Position numbers and translations under genes: made by a program. From IMG/VR virus record IMGVR_UViG_3300045988_111022: a stretch of DNA of 64,000 nt; one strand, written 5' to 3'. Each line of letters begins with the position of its first letter. Position 1 is the stretch's first letter. Source of the stretch: a virus. This document shows positions 25,654-33,190 of this stretch, one piece after another. The notes below the pieces were generated by a model. That model searched no databases, had not been told where the DNA came from, and saw nothing but the letters and a program-made list of their open reading frames with translations.

Positions 25654-26058
25654 GTGCCGTGCTATGAGGTCGCAATCGAAGCAAGAAAAAATGATACGGC
25701 AGAAAAATGTATATTTTCTGCATGGATTCGTGGAGAAAACACTCCGAAAGCTGTAGAAGAAGCCTTGCAGAAAGTAGCTTATGAGCACCCCGATTTTGGA
25801 ATGCTGCGCCCGGTATGCGTAGAAGAGCAAAAATCGGTAGCAGCGTGTTGGCAGGAAGCATCGGCACCTCGCCGGCAGTGGAAAATAGTTCATAAGTACA
25901 AAGTGGAATATAGATCCCCAGTGAGTAATAGGAAACTGCTCAAAAAATCTTATGTGTGGGCAGTATCCGCAGAAGAAGCTGTGGGCTATGCAAAAGAGAA
26001 TGTTGGAATTTCGGGACTTATAGTGAATGCGGAGGAATCTAATGAATCTGATTCGTGA
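25654..26058 (+). CDS. Hypothetical protein (134 aa, GTG start)
   Basis: Packed ORF after AAGGAG. Confidence 0.55.
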   Translation: MPCYEVAIEARKNDTAEKCIFSAWIRGENTPKAVEEALQKVAYEHPDFGMLRPVCVEEQKSVAACWQEASAPRRQWKIVHKYKVEYRSPVSNRKLLKKSYVWAVSAEEAVGYAKENVGISGLIVNAEESNESDS

Positions 26059-26194
26059 AATTTTCTTTAGTCCGATGGTCGTGGATGCGGCCGGAATTAT
26101 CCTGATCGCGGCCGCATTGCCCATGGCGGGCTGGTCCTGGGCCGTGAATCACATGGCGGGCCCGAAGGTCAAAAATGCAAAGGAGGGCACATGA
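26042..26194 (+). CDS. Small membrane protein (50 aa, not in track)
   Basis: ATG at 26042 after GGAGG. MNLIREIFFSPMVVDAAGIILIAAALPMAGWSWAV... Confidence 0.45.
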   Translation: MNLIREIFFSPMVVDAAGIILIAAALPMAGWSWAVNHMAGPKVKNAKEGT

Positions 26195-26322
26195 AAGCAC
26201 ATCTGGCGTTCCTGTGCAATGGCCGGTGCCAGTGGTGTAAGAACTATTGGAACTGCAGCAAAACAAAAAGGCTCTTGGCAAAAATTTGGGGGTGCAAAGA
26301 TTGGAGATGGCAAAACAGATGA
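26191..26322 (+). CDS. Small Cys/Trp-rich ORF (43 aa, not in track)
   Basis: ATGA overlap with the previous ORF. AGGAGG 4 nt upstream. MKAHLAFLCNGRCQWCKNYWNCSKTKRLLAKIWGCKDWRWQNR. Confidence 0.35.
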   Translation: MKAHLAFLCNGRCQWCKNYWNCSKTKRLLAKIWGCKDWRWQNR

Positions 26323-27011
26323 AGAACATTCGCCAGCAGCGGGCCGATGAACGGGATAAGACGGCGCAGATCTTCACTTGGTGTATGGTAGTGGCCATGC
26401 ACCAGGAAGAGGGCATTGGAGCTACGCGCCTAGAGCGGGCCTGTAATGAAATGCACGAGTTTCAGCAGCGGTACAAAACAAAAATCCTGACCGAGAACCG
26501 CAAAAGCGCAACAGATGCTATGCGGGAGGACTTGAAGGGCATCTGCGATTTCGAGATCCGGCTTCCGCAGACTAAAGCTCCGCGCAACCGCAGGGAAGAA
26601 CAGATTCGCATGGCTCAGAATGAGGGGGCGGAAATTGCATGGTTGGTTATGGCGGCGACAACGCACCTGACCTTCGGTTTCGGTAAGGAACGGCTTGCCC
26701 GCCTGAAGCGGGAAACGCTGGATAATTACCGGCAGTACATCGGATGGGTAGAGCAGGACGGTGAAGCCTACGCAATGGAGCTGCTTCGCCGCTGTTCGGA
26801 GCAGGCTTTGCAGGAAGAACTCAAAGTCAACGATATGCGGGAAAGCAAGAATCATATCCTGCCCGGTGGCTTCGCAGAGACCCAGAGTGCGGATATGCTG
26901 TGGGCGATGGAGGCCGTATCGGCTAAGATGGCGGCAGAGCGGGGCATCAAGCGTGTGCCGCTGGCGGTTCTGAGTCAGAGCGAGGTGACCCGCAGGATGA
27001 AATCTATCTGA
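26307..27011 (+). CDS. Hypothetical protein (alternative start 26319)
   Basis: 234 aa ORF. No motif recognised. Confidence 0.6.
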   Translation: MAKQMKNIRQQRADERDKTAQIFTWCMVVAMHQEEGIGATRLERACNEMHEFQQRYKTKILTENRKSATDAMREDLKGICDFEIRLPQTKAPRNRREEQIRMAQNEGAEIAWLVMAATTHLTFGFGKERLARLKRETLDNYRQYIGWVEQDGEAYAMELLRRCSEQALQEELKVNDMRESKNHILPGGFAETQSADMLWAMEAVSAKMAAERGIKRVPLAVLSQSEVTRRMKSI

Positions 27012-27112
27012 GTAATAAAAAAGAGGATCGCTTGCGCAATCCCCCGATAGAGCAAGTCTATTATACCTAAATTGATGTATTTTGGCAACGATAGAACAGG
27101 AGGGTACGCAAA

Positions 27113-27679
27113 ATGACTATCCCGGAAGAAATGATGGCCGTTATTCAGGAAACTGCAAGAAAGGCTGCTCGTGAGGGCGCCAAGGAAGTTATCGCAGAAC
27201 AGACCCGCAAAGCCGCAGGCCGCTGTGACCGCCGACTTCGGAACACGAAGCTGTTGCTGAAAAACTATCGGATGTTCAAGAAGCACTGCACGGGCGCGGT
27301 CTATACGGACGAAACGGGTGACCATGACGGCAAGGAAGAAGAAACTGCGCTGGAACTGCTTGATATGATGCTTCAGCGCAATAACGCGATTACGGTCGAA
27401 TCGATCCGCAACTCCTGCCGCCGTACAAAAATCATGGTTCGTCATATTGATTCGATGCTGGCCCTGTACGAGACGTACTGCGAACAGAGCAAGAATGAGG
27501 CCCATAAGCGCGGCTACCGCATCATCAAAGCGATGTACATTGACGACGAGGCCAAGTCCATTGAGCAGCTTGCGGCGCTGGAGGGCGTGAGCACCCGTCA
27601 GGCATACCGAGACCACGATGCAGCCGTTGAAAAAATCTCGGCGCTCATGTTCGGCATTGATGCCTTGGACATGGAGTAG
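27113..27679 (+). CDS. Sigma-70 region-4-like / ArpU-RinA-like late transcription regulator
   Basis: LLLKNYRMFKKH... and C-terminal HTH SIEQLAALEGVSTRQAYRDHDAAVEKISALMFG. Sits immediately upstream of the late/packaging genes. Confidence 0.5.
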   Translation: MTIPEEMMAVIQETARKAAREGAKEVIAEQTRKAAGRCDRRLRNTKLLLKNYRMFKKHCTGAVYTDETGDHDGKEEETALELLDMMLQRNNAITVESIRNSCRRTKIMVRHIDSMLALYETYCEQSKNEAHKRGYRIIKAMYIDDEAKSIEQLAALEGVSTRQAYRDHDAAVEKISALMFGIDALDME

Positions 27680-27684
27680 GCCGA

Positions 27685-27729
27685 TGTCAAAATCATGTCA
27701 TTTACACGGCATGAAAAATGTGGTAGAAT
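27685..27729 (+). promoter_or_regulatory. Candidate late promoter with upstream TGTCA-N6-TGTCA element
   Basis: TGTCAAAATCATGTCA (27685-27700). TTTACA (27701-27706)-17 nt-TAGAAT (27724-27729), with TG at 27721-27722 (extended -10). Confidence 0.55.
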
Positions 27730-27760
27730 AATACCGTAAAATTCTAATCATAGCGCATTG

Positions 27761-27794
27761 CCCGCCCGGTTTCGCCACCGAGCGGGTATTTTTA
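27761..27794 (+). terminator. Terminator-like hairpin inside the operon leader (possible attenuator)
   Basis: CCCGCCCGG (27761-27769) / CCGAGCGGG (27778-27786), 1 mismatch, followed by TATTTTTAT. Located between the promoter and the first gene. Confidence 0.45.
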
Positions 27795-27873
27795 TGCCCG
27801 GAAAGGAGGCAGAAAACCGCCGCTCCCCAATTTGACCCGCAACGCCAGCGGGATAGCAAAGAAGGGAGAAAAA

Positions 27874-28461
27874 ATGAATCAGCAAGTAGTGTATCAGGAT
27901 ATTTCGCAGATCCATCCCTATGAGAACAATCCCCGGAACAACGAAGCGGCCATTGAGCCTGTTGCGCAGAGCATCAAGCGGTTTGGCTTCCGTGTCCCCA
28001 TCCTCATCGACGGAAAAGGAACTATCATCGCAGGACACACCCGCTATGAGGCCGCAAAACGGCTTGGCATGGACAAAGTGCCGTGTATTCGGGTCGATGA
28101 CCTGACGGATGAGCAAATCCGCGCATACCGCATCGCAGACAACAAGGTGGCCGAGGCTTCTTCGTGGAATGATGATGTTCTCCGCGCCGAAATGGACGCG
28201 CTGAAAGCCTTGGACGTTGATTTGACGGACACGGGTTTCAGCGAGGTGGAGCTTGATGGGCTTCTTCGGGAAGTGGAGGATGCCGACTTCGAGGAGTTCT
28301 TTACGGAACCCGTCCAACAGCCGCCCAAAGCGGCCGATGCAGAGCAGAGCGCCGAGACCCAGCAATCTACCCAACCGGAATCTTCTCAGCTCGCTGTGCC
28401 GCAGCAGAGCGGCTCTAAGCTCATCCAATGTCCGCATTGCGGAGAATGGTTTGAGACATGA
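27874..28461 (+). CDS. ParB N-terminal-domain protein with C-terminal zinc ribbon (DpdB-like role possible)
   Basis: ISQIHPYENNPRNN...VPILIDGKGTIIAGHTRYEAAKRLGMDKVPC...LTDEQIRAYRIADNK are classic ParB/Srx-fold motifs. CPHCGEW at the C-terminus. Confidence 0.75.
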   Translation: MNQQVVYQDISQIHPYENNPRNNEAAIEPVAQSIKRFGFRVPILIDGKGTIIAGHTRYEAAKRLGMDKVPCIRVDDLTDEQIRAYRIADNKVAEASSWNDDVLRAEMDALKALDVDLTDTGFSEVELDGLLREVEDADFEEFFTEPVQQPPKAADAEQSAETQQSTQPESSQLAVPQQSGSKLIQCPHCGEWFET

Positions 28462-29207
28462 GGCTATGTCTGGCAGGTACATTCCCGGCCGAGAAGATTG
28501 TGAAAGAGTACCATCCAGAATATGTTCTGGAGAGCTTCTTTTACATCCGACCATGGCAAATCGAAGAAATTCCAAAATGGAAAATGTTCCTGCTCGACAG
28601 CGGGGCATTTACTTTTATGCACGGTATAGAAGCGTCTTCAAAGCCGGTAGATTGGGATGGATACCTGAGTCGGTACATCGACTTTATCAACCGCAACAAC
28701 GTGCAGCATTTCTTCGAGCTGGATGTGGATTCCATCGTAGGTTATGACGCTGTAAAACGCATGAGAGCGCGCCTTGAAGCAGAGACAGGAAAGCAAAGCA
28801 TTCCGGTCTGGCACCGCTCCCGTGGTCTGGACGAGTTCAAGCGCCTGTGTAGGGATTATCCCTATATCGGCATCGGCGGCTTCGCAATCAAGCACATACA
28901 GCCCAGCGAGTACGGCTATATCCGTCGTTTGGTGCAGTATGCAAATTCTTGCGGGGTGCGGGTGCATGGTCTGGGGTACACCAAAAAGGATGCAGTGAGT
29001 TTCGGCTTTTACAGCGTGGACAGCACGACATGGACCACACAGGTCAATTTCGGAGGGCTGTCATACTTCAATGGCACAGAGATGGTCGTGGTCAGACCGC
29101 CCAAGGGGATGATCGGCGCAGACTATCGCCGCCGCCGGGAGTACTCGTTGAGAGAGTGGATAAAGTACCAGAAATACCTTGATACGAAAGGAAAATGGCG
29201 TGGATAA
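28458..29207 (+). CDS. dpdA: TGT-fold DNA-guanine transglycosylase-like protein (DpdA-like)
   Basis: FLLDSGAFTF aligns with the TGT DSGGFQ catalytic-Asp motif. YSVDSTTW aligns with the second Asp motif (FDCV/FDS). IGIGG barrel strand. ATGA overlap with the ParB-like gene. Confidence 0.6.
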   Translation: MRLCLAGTFPAEKIVKEYHPEYVLESFFYIRPWQIEEIPKWKMFLLDSGAFTFMHGIEASSKPVDWDGYLSRYIDFINRNNVQHFFELDVDSIVGYDAVKRMRARLEAETGKQSIPVWHRSRGLDEFKRLCRDYPYIGIGGFAIKHIQPSEYGYIRRLVQYANSCGVRVHGLGYTKKDAVSFGFYSVDSTTWTTQVNFGGLSYFNGTEMVVVRPPKGMIGADYRRRREYSLREWIKYQKYLDTKGKWRG

Positions 29208-30042
29208 AGAAATCGTCTACCGCGTCGAGGATGGCATGGACAGGGAAAAGATTCTCTGCACCACCTACCAGATGCGGAATTTTTATATGCAGTTCAGAGA
29301 CGGATTTTTCACCAATCTGGACGTTATGAACTATATCCAGCACCTCGCCGCCGCCCATATGGCGAAAAAAGGGATGAACGTGCTGGATGTGTGCTGTGGG
29401 CGCTCTCTGATGCTCCCGCTGCTGCGCTACTACGCAAAGGACATTGCATCCTACACTGGAGTGGACATCAGCAAGGCGAACATCAAGGAAGCGATGCGCG
29501 GCGCAACTGCAAAGAACCTCGAACCCAAGGATTTGGCCTCCTACTACCCGTTCCGGGTGGGCTGGAAGCTGGGCAACGTCGCAGAGATGTCTAAGGTCAT
29601 CCCGGCGGGCTTTGCCGACTTCGTGATTTACACCTCCGCCATCGAGCATATGCACCCTACGGACGGCGCAAAAAGCCTTGTAGAATGCTACAAGGTGATG
29701 AAGCCGGGTGCAAAGATGTTTCTCTCCTGTCCGAACACCCCAGGCAATGGGTATCAAACCCAGTACCGCGCTCATGTCTATGAGTGGGGCTACGATGAAC
29801 TGAAAGCCAAGCTGACCGAAATCGGATTCAGTATTGTGCAGGAGGTCGGTTTGGTCACCAGCGTCCGCGAAATGGACGAGTTCTATTCCAAACAGCCGTC
29901 GGCGCTCAAGGATTTCTATGAACGCATGAAGTCCTATGTCCCGTCTGCATTTCTCACAGCGTTTATGGCTATCCCATTCCCGCGTGAGGCGAAAGAGCTG
30001 TTGTTCATCGTCCAGAAGCCGAAAGGAGAGGAAAATGCCTAA
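29179..30042 (+). CDS. Class I SAM-dependent methyltransferase (start uncertain: 29179, 29200 or 29233)
   Basis: VLDVCCGRS motif I, then VDIS, then FVIYTSAIEHM. No DNA-MTase DPPY/NPPY or PC motif. Confidence 0.75.
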   Translation: MIRKENGVDKEIVYRVEDGMDREKILCTTYQMRNFYMQFRDGFFTNLDVMNYIQHLAAAHMAKKGMNVLDVCCGRSLMLPLLRYYAKDIASYTGVDISKANIKEAMRGATAKNLEPKDLASYYPFRVGWKLGNVAEMSKVIPAGFADFVIYTSAIEHMHPTDGAKSLVECYKVMKPGAKMFLSCPNTPGNGYQTQYRAHVYEWGYDELKAKLTEIGFSIVQEVGLVTSVREMDEFYSKQPSALKDFYERMKSYVPSAFLTAFMAIPFPREAKELLFIVQKPKGEENA

Positions 30043-30346
30043 GTTCAAGAATGAGTATGGGGTGTCGAAAATCAAGTACACCCAGAAGTGCAGATGCTTT
30101 TGCCCTATCGGAAAGGCAGACTACACGAACAACTTCACCGTGACTATCACTCCGAAGAAGTGGATCCCGGACTACTGCGAAATCGACAAGTTCATTCGTG
30201 AGCAGCTGGATGGAAAGAGCCTTGTCATTGAGGACGCCGCCTGCAAGCTGAAGCAGTGGCTCACGGGGGAGATTCATCCCTACTGGGTCGAGGTCGAGTC
30301 GGATGTGACCGACGGTGTGCACGGCCATGTAACGGTAACAGTATAA
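30035..30346 (+). CDS. QueF-like T-fold protein (preQ0 reductase/amidinotransferase family)
   Basis: CFCPIGKADY aligns with QueF LCPxTGQPD (catalytic Cys/Asp). ...VIED... and PYWVEVESDV...G align with the QueF core. The E-x-K-S-x-K NADPH motif is not conserved. GGAGAGG RBS. Confidence 0.6.
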   Translation: MPKFKNEYGVSKIKYTQKCRCFCPIGKADYTNNFTVTITPKKWIPDYCEIDKFIREQLDGKSLVIEDAACKLKQWLTGEIHPYWVEVESDVTDGVHGHVTVTV

Positions 30347-30360
30347 GGGAGGGGCGCAAG

Positions 30361-30822
30361 ATGAAAAATACTCGTGCTCTTTGCCAGACCGCCGTTGTTG
30401 CAGCATTGTATGTGGCGCTGACCACCTTGAACCCCCTGTCGTGGGGTGCAATCCAATTCCGGGTTGCAAATATGCTCTGTGCACTCCCGTTCAAGGACAA
30501 GAAATATGCCCCGGCGGTTCTGCTGGGAATCGCAATCGCAAACGCAACCAGCCCGTTTGGGCCTGTCGATGTGGCCTTTGGTCTGATGGCTGAGGGCGTG
30601 GCGTATCTCCTTGTTGTTTGGGGGCCGTGGAAAAAGCTGGGGATTTTGTGGAAAGCTGTTATCCTCTCTTTGTCCGTGGCTCTGTTCATCGGGGTGGAGC
30701 TGTACGCAATGGTGGGAGCGCCGTTCCTGCTGACGGCCGCAGGGCTGTTCGTTGGCACTTTCTTGGCCGTGGAACTCGGCAACATGGTGATTTCTAAAAC
30801 CGCTCTTGCAAGAATCGTGTAA
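30361..30822 (+). CDS. queT: QueT queuosine-precursor transporter (ECF S-component type)
   Basis: AVVAALYVALTTLNPLSWGAIQFRVANMLCALPFKDKKYAPAVLLGIAIANATSPFGPVDVAFG closely follows the QueT signature (AALYV.LT...S.G.IQFR..E.L..L.F..KY...G..IAN..S.FG..D). Confidence 0.8.
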   Translation: MKNTRALCQTAVVAALYVALTTLNPLSWGAIQFRVANMLCALPFKDKKYAPAVLLGIAIANATSPFGPVDVAFGLMAEGVAYLLVVWGPWKKLGILWKAVILSLSVALFIGVELYAMVGAPFLLTAAGLFVGTFLAVELGNMVISKTALARIV

Positions 30823-30936
30823 GAGGGGGCGCGGCGCTGGCTCTGCAAAGGGTCGGCGCTTTTTCTTTGGAACAACATAACCGTCAGGCCAAATACCGGG
30901 CGAGCAGAACAAAGAGGGATAGTGGTGGCGATGTAG

Positions 30937-31791
30937 ATGGAAACGCGAGACAAGGCGTTCACCCTTTATAAGAAAGGGATGGGATGCACCGAAATCTCAA
31001 AGAAGCTGGGCGTATCGCTGAACACGGTCAAGTCTTGGAAAAAGCGGTATTGGGATGCACAAAAGGGTGCACCCAAGAAGCGCACCCCGTCGCACCCAAA
31101 GGGTGCATCTTCAAAATGCACCCAGCAAGACCCGGCGGCTCAGCCTGAGAAGAAACCGAATCTCGGCGGCGCGCCGAAAGGGAACGTCAATGCTGTTGGC
31201 AATCATGGCGGGGCACCGCCGGGAAATCAGAACGCGCTAAAGCACGGCGGTTGGTCTGCTGTGATGTTTGGCGCGTTTTCCGAAGAAAACCAGAAAGCTA
31301 TACAGGACTGCACGAAAGACGTGGATGCAGAGGACCTGCTGATACAGGAGCTTCAACTGCTGACCGCCCGCGAAGCATTTCTGCTCCAGCGCATTACGGC
31401 GGCTCAGGAAAAGAAGCAGCACATCCAGTCGGTGCATACATCAAAATCCAGCAGGTCTTTTACCCGGCTGGATGAGGATAAAGAAAAAGAGGCCCACGAC
31501 AAGGAGGTTTACATTGAGCGGATAGATGCAAAGGTGCAAAGGGAAGAGCGCCTTCCTGGCACCAGCGTTGAGACATCAACCACCACCGAATCAAGCTACC
31601 TTATCGTGGAGCGCTTAGAGCGGCTGTTGACCGATGTACAGCGCCAGAAGTCTAAGGTGATACAGCAGCTTGCCGACCTGCGCAGAATGAGCAACAGCGG
31701 CAAGAATGAGCTGGTAGACGACTGGGTAGCGGCAGTCGAGGCGGCGGACGCAGAAGTGGAGGGTGAAGACGATGGCGCTGAGACAACGTGA
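30937..31791 (+). CDS. Terminase small subunit
   Basis: N-terminal HTH (MGCTEISKKLGVSLNTVKSWKKRY) and GAPKGNVNAVGNHGGAPPGNQNALKHGG repeats typical of TerS/YjcR-like proteins. Precedes TerL. Confidence 0.75.
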   Translation: METRDKAFTLYKKGMGCTEISKKLGVSLNTVKSWKKRYWDAQKGAPKKRTPSHPKGASSKCTQQDPAAQPEKKPNLGGAPKGNVNAVGNHGGAPPGNQNALKHGGWSAVMFGAFSEENQKAIQDCTKDVDAEDLLIQELQLLTAREAFLLQRITAAQEKKQHIQSVHTSKSSRSFTRLDEDKEKEAHDKEVYIERIDAKVQREERLPGTSVETSTTTESSYLIVERLERLLTDVQRQKSKVIQQLADLRRMSNSGKNELVDDWVAAVEAADAEVEGEDDGAETT

Positions 31792-33169
31792 AGTCTTCGC
31801 CAAACGGCTCCCGCTGTACCGCAAAGACCCCTGCTTGTTCTTCAAAGAGGTCACACGCTTCAAGCCGGATAGATGGCAAAAAGAAGCGGCCACGGCCATT
31901 GCACAGCACCGCAAAGTTTCCATCCGTTCAGGACAGGGCGTTGGAAAAACAGCTTTTGAAGCAAACTTGGTGCTCTGGTTTTTGGCTTGCTTCCCGTATC
32001 CCCGCGTCGTGTGCACGGCACCGACCCGCCAGCAGTTGAACGATGTGCTCTGGGCTGAGATTGCCAAGTGGCAGGAGCGCAGTCCTGTCTTGCAGGCCAT
32101 GCTTGTATGGACAAAGACCCGCGTCTACATGAGGGGGCACGAGAAGCGCTGGTTCGCCGTGGCCCGCACGGCCACGAAGCCGGAAAATATGCAGGGCTTC
32201 CATGAAGACAATATGCTTTTCGTGGTGGACGAGGCATCTGGCGTTGCCGACCCCATCATGGAGGCTATACAGGGTACGCTTTCCGGAGACAACAACCGCT
32301 TACTGATGTGCGGAAACCCAACGCAGAACACTGGCACATTCCACGATTCGCACACCGTGGATGCCCAGTCCTACTACTGCATGAAGGTGTCCAGCAGGGA
32401 CAGCCCCCGCACGAATAAGCAAAATATCGCTGACTTGGAGCGAAAGTTCGGCAAGAACAGCAATGTGGTCCGCGTCCGTGTTGACGGCGAGTTCCCGGAA
32501 AATGAGGACGACGTCTTTATTCCGATGGCGCTTGCCACAAAAGCGGTCAATACTGAACCGCTTGAGCACAGCACTCCGGCCAGAATCTCCATTGGGTGCG
32601 ACGTGGCCCGCTTTGGCAACGACGACACCGCCATTGCGAAGAACATTGACGGGGACATTAAAAAGCTGGTCACGCGCCACGGCCAAGACCTGTACGCGAC
32701 AGCCGATGACATTATCGAAATGTACAAGGCCCTGCGCACAGCGTATCCGCAGTATCGCGGTCTGATCTATGCGATTATTGACGATACGGGTGTGGGCGGC
32801 GGAGTGACGGATATTCTCAACAGGGAGAAGATTCGGCAGAAGCTGAACAAACTCATGGTTGTTCCTGTCAATTTCTCGTCTGCTGTTCCTGACAAGGAAG
32901 CCGCCGGGAGATATGCCGATATTTCAACATGGATGTGGGCTGTCCTGCGCGACATGGCGGCGTCTGGTCTCCTGCATTTGCCGGATGACGCGACCTTGAT
33001 AGGTCAGCTCACGACCCGCAAGTACATCTTCAGCGGCGCGCCCTCCAAGCTGAAACTTGAAAGCAAAGAGGCTCTAAAGAAGCGCGGCCTGACCAGCCCG
33101 GACCGGGCTGATGCAGTTGCGCTGGCATTATACGAGGGCGGAATTTTTGATGTCCACAGCCTGATTTAA
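31772..33169 (+). CDS. Terminase large subunit
   Basis: Walker A-like SGQGVGKT, Walker B LFVVDEA, and a C-terminal nuclease-like region. Sits between TerS and the portal. Confidence 0.85.
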   Translation: MALRQREVFAKRLPLYRKDPCLFFKEVTRFKPDRWQKEAATAIAQHRKVSIRSGQGVGKTAFEANLVLWFLACFPYPRVVCTAPTRQQLNDVLWAEIAKWQERSPVLQAMLVWTKTRVYMRGHEKRWFAVARTATKPENMQGFHEDNMLFVVDEASGVADPIMEAIQGTLSGDNNRLLMCGNPTQNTGTFHDSHTVDAQSYYCMKVSSRDSPRTNKQNIADLERKFGKNSNVVRVRVDGEFPENEDDVFIPMALATKAVNTEPLEHSTPARISIGCDVARFGNDDTAIAKNIDGDIKKLVTRHGQDLYATADDIIEMYKALRTAYPQYRGLIYAIIDDTGVGGGVTDILNREKIRQKLNKLMVVPVNFSSAVPDKEAAGRYADISTWMWAVLRDMAASGLLHLPDDATLIGQLTTRKYIFSGAPSKLKLESKEALKKRGLTSPDRADAVALALYEGGIFDVHSLI

Positions 33170-33190
33170 CGTAATCGGAAAGGAGAAAGC

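Noticed and set aside
27826-27873. preQ1-I riboswitch call upstream of the ParB-like/DpdA-like operon
   Set aside because: The hairpin loop is only 7 nt, and I could not place the conserved loop nucleotides from memory. It is reported only as a low-confidence hypothesis to test with covariance models.
29179-30042. DNA (N6-A, N4-C or C5) methyltransferase assignment for the SAM-MTase in the modification operon
   Set aside because: There is no DPPY/NPPY or PCQ/ENV motif. It has only generic class I motif I, so it is more consistent with a small-molecule or modified-base methyltransferase.
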